From Chromera velia (Eukaryota), in contig JAHBMJ010000211.1 of assembly GCA_018398765.1 (NCBI GenBank), forward strand, positions 1 to 54,647: a stretch of DNA of 54,647 nucleotides, in the 5' to 3' direction. The notes beneath the pieces were generated by a model, which did no database searches, had not been told where the DNA came from, and saw only the letters and a program-made list of their open reading frames with translations. Below, piece by piece: positions 11,271 to 21,822 of this stretch (within the stretch, counting starts at the first letter, position 1; every line of letters starts with the position of its first letter). Position numbers and translations under genes: made by a program.

Positions 11271-12355
11271 ACCTCTGGAGACCAGGGAGCTTGAGAGCGG
11301 CAGGCGGGGGCGTCATTGGTGAGCACCAGCCCGCGTCGCTTGCCTGCATGCAGAGTGCAGGAGGAAAGTGGGAGAATCGAATCGCATGTACCAGTTAAGT
11401 AATCGGGTTGCGCCAGCTTGTAGACGCGACCAGCGGCTGACTTTTTTGAGCCTGAGCATCCTGTGTGGAAGCAAGCGAGAGCGGACCTGGTCCCTTTGGG
11501 TGCCGCTGAGGCGAAAGGGGGGTGTTCTTGTGTGAGAGGAGGGTACCGCGGAAAGTGTGGTGCTCGTTGGGAGCGTGTGTTGCTGTGTGACAGTGTTTGG
11601 TAAGTGTTCACAGCAACCATCAGCTGACCTTGTGAGGACAGAAGAGCCGCGTGCTAGTAACTTGACCAGAGCCTCGTTAGGACGCCGAGAGGGCTTTTTC
11701 GAGCGTCCCGAAACTGGCAGAGGGCTTGGTCCCTTGAGTCTTCTTCTTAGTTCTTCTTTTGCATATTCGTTTATATTGCAGATTTTTCTTTGTGCGCGGC
11801 GCCGCGCTCGGAATTCCGTCTGCATGGTACGCTAAAACGCAGGCTGGTCTCGCAAGCTCGGTGTCGCCTTTTCATGCAAACATGCATTTCCAAACAACAG
11901 TTGCACCATTGCCGAATGAGTCAATCTATATATATATATATATATCAACCTCCGAGGAGGTTTTTCATACATTCGGCTGAGTCATACGTTAGAATATTCT
12001 CTTGCACTTGCGTTGCTGGCTCTCTGACATTGCCTTTCAAATCAGTGCAATCAAACAATGGGATGTGGAGCATCGACAACGGCTCAGACAGGTCAGTCAA
12101 TGGAAGTCACCTCAGTGTGCACTGCAGACTTTCGCTCCAACTCAGAGACCGAGAATTACCGCGCCCATCTGTCATGCTGCATATACAGTGCTGTTCGTTT
12201 GTTTCAACTCACTCATGATGACATCACTCTGTCCAAATGCACGAAATTCTCTCCTTCTCAACACTCTGCTACCTTTCTTCTTTTCATCTCCCTCTGTGTG
12301 GGTCAGTTGATCCCCATACATACATCGGTTCGTCAGTTGGTTTGCTCGCGCGTGC

Positions 12356-12412
<57 letters not shown>

Positions 12413-12505
12413 TGGCAATGCGTTGCATGTACATGTATATACATCTCTGTGTATGCCTGCATGTGTGCACGCACTTGCATGTGTGTCTCTGAAAATGTGC
12501 ACGCC

Positions 12506-14746
12506 ATGACGAACCTCAAGTCTTCACTAGACCCCCGTCGTGCCCCTGCAGAAGTCCTGGTTTCCTCTGTCAATACACCGACTGCGAGTCCCTGTAGCCC
12601 CAAGTCAGGCTCCTCTGCACCGTCTCCTGGAGTTGGGAGGAGAGTTCTTGCAACAGTTGCAGTCGAGAAAGGGTCCCCCCTCCTTGAAGCTGCAGGTACC
12701 GGTGATTTTGAGACTGTGGGTCTGCTACTGCGTTCGGGAACTCAGGGGGGCGTGGATGAGAAGGACAGACGGGGGAATACGGCCCTCATGGCAGCGGCAA
12801 TGAATGGGCACACGGAGACTGTGGGCCGTCTCCTTGGCTTCGGTGCGAACATCGAGGAGAGGTGCCATCTGTATGGCAACACCGCTCTGATTTTGGCTGC
12901 ATTGAGTGGCCATGCAGAGACTGTGGATTTCCTTCTTCACTCAGGGGCGCGTGCAGGGGAGAAGAACAAGAACGGAAACAACGCGCTGTTCATGGCTGCC
13001 CGAGACGGCCACACGGAGACGGTTGATGTCCTTCTGCGATCGGGGGTGCAGCTGCCCGGGAATTGTGACAACAACGGCAACACAGCCTTGATGTTTGCTG
13101 CGATGCATGGTCATACAGAGACTGCCGATCTCTTGCTTTCCTCAGGTGCGAGGGTGGATGATGCGAACAGCAACGGAGACACGGCTCTGATGGTGGCTGC
13201 AAGAGACGGCCACACAGAGACGGTAAGTCTGCTGCTCTCTTCGTTGTCAGCGGACCAGCTTGAGCAGACAAACAAAGAAGGTTCCACTGCACTTACCATG
13301 GCTGCTCAGAATGGACACACAGAAACAGTTGCGTTGCTGCTGCAGAAGAAAGCAGACGTGGCAGGTTCCCTAGAAAGAGAGAGGGAGAGGGCCAAGAGCG
13401 TTGCCTCGAAGAGAGGTCACACAGAGGTGGTTAACCTTCTCGAGGGTCGGACAGAGGCAGAAGGATCCCTTACGAAAGGAGAAGGAGACTGGGTCAAGAG
13501 GCAAAGGGAGTCGTGGGAGCCCATAGCAGACGTGCTGAGGGGAGGTGCTGTTGTCCTCTGGCCCCTCCCGGCCCTCCAGCTGCTGCTGTCAAGGAATGAG
13601 AAAATTCCCAAGAGGCAGGAAGTCGAAGAGACGCTCAGACGACTAGGTTGGTCAGACAAAGAGGCAGCAGGGATGACGGAGCTGCGAAAGAAACTCGAAG
13701 AAGCCGAATTTCCCTCAAGGTCGGGTCTCACTGTGGTGTGCCTCTCTTACCCCTGGCTGTCCAGAGAGCACCCTGACCCTGAGTGCTTCCACCTCCAGAA
13801 GCTGTGTGAGCAGCTGAGCAGTAAATGGTGGGCTCGTGGAGAGGCAGCTGCAAAGGTTGCGGTATTTTGGGATTTCATGTCTCTCTTTCAGAAGCCGAGG
13901 GATGAGAGACAGGACAGTCTCTTCAAGACTGCGTTAGAAAACCTTGACCTCCTTTACAGCAGCACACACACTCGAGTCTGCCGCTCTACAGCGGTGTCCC
14001 CCCTCTCCCTCAACCCCCTTTCTTTCAACGAAAGAGGATGGCCGACTTTTGAGACTTTCATCACAGGATTCAAACCCCCCAATTTGATCCATCTGATATC
14101 CATGGATTCAAATGCATCCTCCGTGCTCCTCACTCCCGCCTGCCCAAAAACGTTCGACAAAATTCTCAACACGAAGATTTTCACTAACGGGGCAGATGCT
14201 GAGATTGTGAAGGCATTGTATCGTGGGTTCGTCTCTCGAACAGCCGGCACGATCCGAGCGTTTTCGTTTGCAGGCCGAAGGGAATTCTCAGACGAGAGTG
14301 CCGATTCTCTGACAAGCCTGTTGAGGTTCATGAGGGAAGAGGCCCTAATTGCAGCAGCAGTCACACAGTGCGATCTGTCCTACACCTCCGTAAGTCATGC
14401 TGCGGTTGTGAAGCTTCTGGGTGAGCTGGGAAAAGTACACAGATTGAAACGTCTTCTTTTGAAGCGCATGGCTGGTACAGCTGCTTTGAAAGCTTTGCGT
14501 GAATCGTTTGAGGATGGGGAAATGTCTGAGTTGAATTTTTTGGACCTCCGTGATTCTAGGGGGGTCGACGGCTCTTGTGTAAGTGATTTGGAGGTGATTT
14601 GCAAGGAGTCACAGAAAAGAAAAAAGAAGAGACTCGATGTCAAGTTGATGCGAACACCACTGGCAAGGAACACAGCTGCAAAGGAGCAGCTTCAGGACAA
14701 AGAGTTTGCGAGGGAGTTTGTAGATTTGGAATTGCAGTTTGAATAA
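12506..14746 (+). CDS. Ankyrin-repeat (about 8) + HET-like domain + degenerate LRR protein, about 746 aa
   Basis: GxTAL..AA..GH.ETV..LL repeats; LSYPWLSREHPDP, VFWDFMSLFQ and ERGWPTFE motifs; C-terminal LxxLDL-like units. Start set at MTNLKS because the upstream ORF part is a (GT)n microsatellite. Confidence 0.85.
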   Translation: MTNLKSSLDPRRAPAEVLVSSVNTPTASPCSPKSGSSAPSPGVGRRVLATVAVEKGSPLLEAAGTGDFETVGLLLRSGTQGGVDEKDRRGNTALMAAAMNGHTETVGRLLGFGANIEERCHLYGNTALILAALSGHAETVDFLLHSGARAGEKNKNGNNALFMAARDGHTETVDVLLRSGVQLPGNCDNNGNTALMFAAMHGHTETADLLLSSGARVDDANSNGDTALMVAARDGHTETVSLLLSSLSADQLEQTNKEGSTALTMAAQNGHTETVALLLQKKADVAGSLERERERAKSVASKRGHTEVVNLLEGRTEAEGSLTKGEGDWVKRQRESWEPIADVLRGGAVVLWPLPALQLLLSRNEKIPKRQEVEETLRRLGWSDKEAAGMTELRKKLEEAEFPSRSGLTVVCLSYPWLSREHPDPECFHLQKLCEQLSSKWWARGEAAAKVAVFWDFMSLFQKPRDERQDSLFKTALENLDLLYSSTHTRVCRSTAVSPLSLNPLSFNERGWPTFETFITGFKPPNLIHLISMDSNASSVLLTPACPKTFDKILNTKIFTNGADAEIVKALYRGFVSRTAGTIRAFSFAGRREFSDESADSLTSLLRFMREEALIAAAVTQCDLSYTSVSHAAVVKLLGELGKVHRLKRLLLKRMAGTAALKALRESFEDGEMSELNFLDLRDSRGVDGSCVSDLEVICKESQKRKKKRLDVKLMRTPLARNTAAKEQLQDKEFAREFVDLELQFE

Positions 14747-15906
14747 ATCTGGCACATCTTCGGCTACTCGCGAAGTGTTGGACAGGTTGAAAGAAGTCTT
14801 TCTCAAAGCACTTAGCATAGCAGAGGTTGAATGCGCAAAAGTTGCAGCAAAACCAACTATTAAACTCACCGTTACTCACGGTTACTCACCAAAGTTTAAT
14901 TTTAGGGGTTTAATTGGACTTGAGGCTCCTTGGCTTTGTTATTCAACATAGGTCTGATATAGATAATCAGTCACCTCTAGAGTTACCTACATTTTGATAT
15001 ATTTTGATATTTTTCAGTATTAAGACTTCTGTCTAAACTTTTGTCAGACATCCTTAGCTTGAAGCTACTACCTCAGTACCAACGCTTTATAACAATAACG
15101 ATTTTTTTTTTTATTTTTTTTTACTTTAGTTTTTACTCTTTAATAAGTCTTCATGCCATTTTTACAAAAAGTGTAATTCAGTTCAATGCGAATTTGATGC
15201 ACATTTTAAGTTGAATGACGTATAATTCAAAGACAACAAGAAACCATGGACCTAGCCATAGACATGCAGACTATTAAAATAATATTCAACTATATGATCA
15301 AATTTCTAGTCGTTGCATGTATGTTCATATGTAAATTGAATTGAGTTGATTAATTATAGAATATGACTAAGAATATGGCTTCAATACACCTATTCTGACT
15401 CAATTTCTGAGGTTATGACCCACGCTCCTCCAGGTTTTGCATCACTGGCAAAACAATCCATTTTAATAATAAGGGCTACCTAGAATAATTAAGCGCTATA
15501 TAGCTAGGTCTAAAGGCTGGCAGTCATTTCATTCTAAAAACTTTTATCGCACAGGCACTTAATTCAATCATTGAACTTAAGAATGAATTTTAATGCACAA
15601 ATTCATTTATATACATTTAGTTGCATTTATCTGGGTTGTGCACTGTCATTTTAAAAAAATGCTGCGGATGCGTTTCTTATCTTTTTAGACATATCTATAC
15701 CTAGATGAGTACAACAATCATAGTTGTTTTTTATACATGCACATATTAATTCAAACTTCAAGTTAAACTTTGAATAAAGTAATTCAAGTAAAGCAAGAAC
15801 GTCAATGTACACACAAGCAAACATAAAGAAAGAAGGGGACTGAATAAAAAGATTTGGTCTACTTTTTGGGCATCCATGCTGTCTTCTGTTTAAGTTTCAA
15901 GGTCAA

Positions 15907-18900
15907 TCAGACTCTTGGCGCCGAGAGAAGAGCTGCAGTCGGTGGAGACGGCATTGAAACCGAAATGGGAGACGGCAGGATGTCTGCATCTGGCGGCACT
16001 GTGGCTGCTCCGTCTCGGAATTCGTTTGGGGGCAGGTTCTCTCCGAGGAAGGGCACAGGCTTTCTGTCCTCATACTCTTCCCCCGAGCGAAAGGGATTTT
16101 GGGGTGTTTGGGAGGCTGTGAGCGGGATGGAAGGGGAGTTTACTTTCTTTGCGTTGCAGAGCGGAAGGGAGGATGTGGGAGATGAAGAGAAACCAAATTT
16201 TCCTCTTTGTGCCCTTGAGGGGGATCTAGTCAAACTCCCTCCTTGCTCCATCATAGAGGCTGCCAGAGCATGACGAGCAGGGGACCCCCCGTTGGACCTC
16301 GGGCTTCTGCCACTACTCCCAGACCTAGGGGACCTGGAGTAAGTAGAGGAAGAAGCAAGTTTGGAAAGCAACTGTGCAAGCTCGGACTGTCCTCTCTTCG
16401 ACTGTTCCTTCTTCTTTTCAGAGTCCTCGGGAAGGACCTCTTCTCGGAGTTGTTCCAGCAACTCCATCGCCTTTTTCTTTGTTTGACCCCGATGTTTGCT
16501 CGAGGTTGGATGCTCCCACGTCTTCCTTGCAACAAAAGGAGGACGCACCTTGTCAAACAACGCATCAGATGCGCAGTCCCACAACACATTCCGCTGTCTC
16601 TCTTGCATGTCAGTCAGCAAAGTCTCGGCCTTTCCCTGCATTCCTGTATGTCCATGCTGCAACTGGCCGTCCGTCCCTGCGGAACTTGTCATTCGAATCT
16701 GAGTGATCAGTGCTGTTCCTAGGAGGGTCAGTTGTTGGCCTGTGACTGGAGAGAGATTCGGTGGACCTGCATACTCCTCGTCATCCTCTAAGGCATCGTC
16801 GAGGGCAAAAGGATCGATTACCTCCTCCAAGTTGTCCCCGGCCTCTTTCAGGATATCCTCCACCTCCACCTCCAGAGCCTCCAATGTAGGGGGTTTGGGC
16901 ACTCTGAAGGGGTTCCCAGCTGATGGCATTGGTTGGCTCTGGTTAAAATTATTCGTCTCTGGTGAAGGGACATGAACAGGGAATAAGGGAGGGTTGTTTT
17001 GTTTTTTCTTTGCAACAGGAGACACTGCAATCTCCTGAAGTCCTCCATCTCCTCTCCTTGTGCTCTCTCTCTCTTCAACAGAATTCCCCCCCCCCTCTGC
17101 ACGAGTGAGACGGTTAGGGGGAGATCTGGACCGCCCCCCCCTCAGGGTGCCACCGGCAGTCTGAGACCTTTGCGCATTGTTTTCTGGAGACGACGAGGCG
17201 GACCGTGGAACGTGCCCCCGTTTCCCTCTTGATGTCTCTCTTCCTCTATCTCTTTCAGGAGACGGGCTGGAACTGACGGACAGTCTCCCCCCTGTGGTGG
17301 GCCTTCCTCGTTGCCATCCATGACGACCCCCTGAGTTCCTAGTGGCGCCACGGGAGTGAAGTCCGTCTCTCCCGCTCAGGGGGGGCAATGGTGAGACTCT
17401 GTTTGTTTCTTGGAGGTTGATGGCATGTGTAAGGTCATTCCATCTCATGTGCCTCTGTGTCTTTGCCTCCTTATCTCTCCCTTTGGACTTCACCTTCAGA
17501 CCCAAAAGACCCGGACGTAAATTAGAGGATGACATTCCGAGAGTCGACCTAGACCCAGGGATAGTGAACGCCGTCTCGTTGTGGGGGCTCTGCAGGGCTT
17601 GTGAGACGGACACGGGACGACTGGGCTTCGTTGTGCTTGGGTTCACAGTGGGCGTCGCTTCGTCCTCTTCCTCGTCTTCCAGGGAAGAGGCCACCAGAGA
17701 CACGAAGAGGCCTGCACCGTGGATCAACAAGTTGTCGTTTTCTCTTTCGCTCTCTGTCTCTATGTCTCATCTCAATCATGGCCGAACGAAGAGTTTTTGG
17801 CAGAAAAACAAAGATAAAGCATGAGAAGCGAGGGGAGCTTCACAAGATTCAGAGCGCTAGACACAATCCAGGCAAGCCAGAAAACACCATAAGAGCACCT
17901 CAAAAGGAGCTGGCTAGATGATTGGTTGCAGTGCAAGTCCTTGTATATACGTGTCTGTGACAGACATACATCTGGAAAAAGGGGACACCAACACAGAGAA
18001 GGACAGTGGGTGAAGTGAAAGGACTCACTGACCTCTCCTGGTCACAGCAATGGCCGCCCCTATTCTTGTCATGCTTGGGTCCGCCTGCAGAATAAATAAA
18101 AGAGAATACTCAACGCAACAGCACAATGCAACAACACATGCATGCATGCACAGGCACAAAAAAGAGCACATCACACGGCACAAAAAAGAGCACATCACAG
18201 ACTGCCAGGTGCCCTCCAGTCCCCCCATATTTCTCCTTTACTTCTGCACTGCCTGAGTCCGTGTTTGATTCACACAAGTGAACCCGAAAATAAGACCGCA
18301 GGACCCTTTGCAAAGGATCCTTTTCAGCGCCTGCCTTGCCCCAAAGAGGCGCAAGATTCTCTGTGGAAAGGTCATCATTGAAACTCAGCCGCCTGAAAAA
18401 GATCACCCTAACTGACCAGAGTGGCCACCTGTGCCGTTCCTCCCTTCCAGGCCTCGAGAGCCTTCCTGATGGACGCATGCAGACTCACTGCCCCCGTGCG
18501 CACACCCCCGCTGACCGGACCCACAGTTTCTTCTGCAGAAAGAAAAGGAAGATGAACACAAAGGAGTTGGTCTGATTCTGCTTGTCTGGCACACGGCTAC
18601 TGCTACATGCTTTGCAGAATCAAGGTCAGACAACACCCGCGTGTCGCATGTACTGCGGAGACTGACCCTCAGGAATGAAATGAGCGAGCTGAGAGCCCGA
18701 CACACTTCGGCTGCACAAAAGCAGAAGACAGATGCAAGCAGAGGAGTAAGTCTTCATGGGAATGATTGCCGGGAATGTACATGGAACGTTTATGTACATA
18801 CATATAGATGTACAGACTGACACAGGATCATCGGGACGAAGAAAGTGACGGTGTGCTGTCGTCTGGGCGAGCACCTCAGCGGCTTCTGCACATTCGAAGT

Positions 18901-19054
18901 CCCAGGAGGCTGGAGGGACTCCTTTTTGTTTTCGCTCTCTGTTGACGTGGGCGAGAAACTCTGCCTGTACAATTTCTTCGCGTCCCAGGACCTTCAAAAT
19001 CACTTCCTGGAAAGGCGCATGACCGCCAAAGAAAGACTTTCGAGGAAGTGCCAT
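15907..19054 (-). CDS. Multi-exon hypothetical protein with a large Ser/Arg/Gly-rich disordered terminal exon (about 15907-17710)
   Basis: 607-codon ORF with protein-like composition. Upstream exon candidates with GT/AG borders: MALPRKSFFGG..PDDP (19054-about 18824), RSVSGSQLAHFIPE, RLSFNDDLSTENLAPLW.. and ADPSMTRIGAAIAVTRR. Exact exon chain is uncertain. Confidence 0.6.
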
Positions 19055-20076
19055 CTTCGCTTAATTCCTTCCTCCTTGCCAACGAGCACAAGCGGACCTT
19101 TGGCTGTTAGGACCCGACTAAGGATTGATTGAAGCTTGTGAGAGAGTGACCACAGCAATTATCTGCTGAACATGCAGGAAACATGGCGGAGTGCTCTCGC
19201 AGGATGCAAGGTCAGAAGGTTGCAGGGCAGACAGGTCAGAAGATGCATGCATGTGTTGCACAGGTGTTGCACCTGCAGTGTTGTTTGCAACACTCATTGT
19301 TGCATGCATGTTGCAAGCCGTGTATGCATTTTTCTTCGTACATGAGTTAACGTTTCCAAAATGTACATATATATATATACGTGACTTGCATACCATGTGC
19401 AATATCGATGCTTTCTACATATGTGCAGAATCTACCAGAGTGCATAAATCAATTTGCGCGCATGATCTTGCAGACTCTTCTTCAAAAAGAGGGCGCAGTG
19501 CTCCGAGAGGGTGTCAGGAGCTGCGCTACGCACGCAAAGCTTCTCCTGGACGTTTCCGGATTTACTCCAGAAGACTTCGACGAGACTCGTTCAGCCACTC
19601 AGTCTGGCAAGCAGGAGTCGTCCTAGGTGAACACTTTCCAACTATTTGAAACCATAAGCCGGATTGAGGTGAGATGATCGAGGGCTGTTCATTCGAATCA
19701 AACAGGACACCTTCAATGAATCCAGCGGCTTCCAGCCTGAGCAGCCTCACCACCGGTTACCAACCACCATGCACGGCCTGTGTCATACGGCCACTGTCCC
19801 TTTTGGCTAGCCTTTTAGCACCCTTGCACAGCGGTGTCTCTTTCAGAAGTAAGGAAAATTGACATTCTCATATCTTTTAGTAGTACGGACGTCGGACTGG
19901 GGCACTAGCCGGGGCACGGAGTGGCATTATTATATCGTCGTTATATGCATTCTAGTATGCATTTAGGTTTTGATACATGAAATACTTTAATTTGATATAC
20001 CTTAGTAATACCTGAAATATATGTAGACACACACACACACACACACACATACACACACACATACAGACACACACAT

Positions 20077-20126
<50 letters not shown>

Positions 20127-20132
20127 ACACAT

Positions 20133-20175
<43 letters not shown>

Positions 20176-21329
20176 CGTGAGCATGCGAAGACGTGAAAAC
20201 GAGGGAGAATGAGAAAGAGAGTGAATGAGACAAAAGCTAGGACAAAGGAAGGAGAGAGACACAGAGAGACACAAAGACGTGGACACATGCACTCATGCAT
20301 CCACGCAGTGCACCCAGGTATCACTCCAGCTTTCAGTCTACCTGCCAACATAATATTGAACATATGCACACACTCAGGTGCCTACTCATCCGCCCACCGG
20401 CAGGCGGGCAGGTAGGAAAGCATGTACAGAGACCCTGAGCACAAAAATTAGCCCCAAATTTCAGTGTGTGTCTTGTTTAGAAAGAGAAGAATAAGGGATA
20501 GAGTTTTTGAGCAGAAGAGACAGACACACACTCTTTTATTGCACATTCATACATTCTGCCATGATACCCTTTGTCTGTGTATTTGCAGACGATTACACAG
20601 GGGGGGACGGGCTAAAATCTGTATGCCTTCGGGTGAGAGACTTTTCTTTTGTATCGATCGTTGCATAGATGAAAGGACAGAGAGACGTTGAGTGATAAGG
20701 ATGAATAAAGAGAGGGATGAAAGGTAAAAAAGACTGGAGGGGGGCAGGGCCTCGGGGAAGTCTGGTGTGTGATGTGGGGAAAATGGAAAAGGGGTATCCA
20801 AGTCAGTCATGCACGAGGGGGTGACTAAGAAAGCTTGTCATGAAGGAACAAAAGAGAGAGTGAAAGAGCAAAGGCAAACAGTGAGAGAGCAATACCAGGT
20901 CAGTTAGTCAACAAGTCATTTAAGTAGCCAGTTGGTTGCGTTCGTATGTTTTGGCAGCCAGAAAGAAAAAAAGGTTATTTCGAGAAATCGAGGTTTAGAG
21001 TTTAGGGTCTATGATCCTCCCAGCTTTAATTTGTTCGGCTTTTTGAATGGAAGGCTTCGGCATGTTTCCTGTTGCTTTGTATGTATATGAGGCCTCGGCA
21101 TAGAGCGTGTATGCATATATGCATTGTCATGCAGTTTCTTCTTCTGTTCAGCATTATCTTCCACTTTTTTTTTGCACTGAACACACTTGGATAATGAACA
21201 CTAATGTACGAAATAATAAAAATAAGACCGGAATCGTGATCCTAACCATTTGTCCATTTGAGACCATAGCTTTTTTTGAAAAAATATGCACATTTAGCGA
21301 CCCTGAATCTGTCTTTTTTCTTTTCGCTA

Positions 21330-21610
21330 GGCGGGGGGCGCCTTCGGCGCCGAACTCGCCTCCCCCATATATGAAATTAATGCTGAGGGGATTCGGCTTT
21401 CGTGACTCGAGATCTTTTTTTTTCCGCGCGCGGTGTGCGCGCGCCGCGCGGTCGAATTATAACTGACGCACGCCAATATATGTGCATGTCGCGTCGAGCC
21501 GATTTTTGGCTGCTTAAATTCGCTGTATTTGTAGCCGATTTTTGATTGCGATCGGCGCGTGCATATGCGTGCAACTAAGTTGAAGTTGTCGGCGGCCGAC
21601 CGCGCGGTGA
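21330..21610. promoter_or_regulatory. CpG-rich promoter module upstream of the 21823 gene
   Basis: TTTTTCCGCGCGCGG, GCGCGCGCCGCGCGG and TGCATG motifs about 200-500 bp before the ATG. Confidence 0.45.
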
Positions 21611-21822
21611 GAACACTGCATGAGAAGTTGATGTTTCAACTTCTCCGAAGCCTCCCTTGATTGTGTCACACTCTCCTTGTCTGTTGAAGCCGACTAAGAG
21701 AAATCTCTTTCTGCTGTGTGTGCGCTTGCGTCAAACTCTCTTTTGCTGCTAAGCAATTCGCTTCTTTTCCGAAGTCCCTTAAATTCATCATTGAAGTTAC
21801 TCGACTAGCTTGTAAATCCAAG

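Larger units (their letters stand above)
7558..11872 (+). repeat. Dispersed direct repeat of about 180 bp (7558-7733 and 11691-11872) bracketing the minisatellite and MULE remnant
   Basis: Shared text GGGCTTTTT..AGAGGGCTTGGTC..CGCTAAAACGCAGGCTGG..GGTGTCGCCTTTT. The left copy has lost many CpGs. Confidence 0.9.

Noticed and set aside
7558..11872. LTR retrotransposon bounded by the 180-bp direct repeats
   Set aside because: No TG..CA ends, PBS/PPT, TSD or gag/pol motifs found.
20994..21008. Telomere-like TTTAGGG
   Set aside because: Only one perfect unit.
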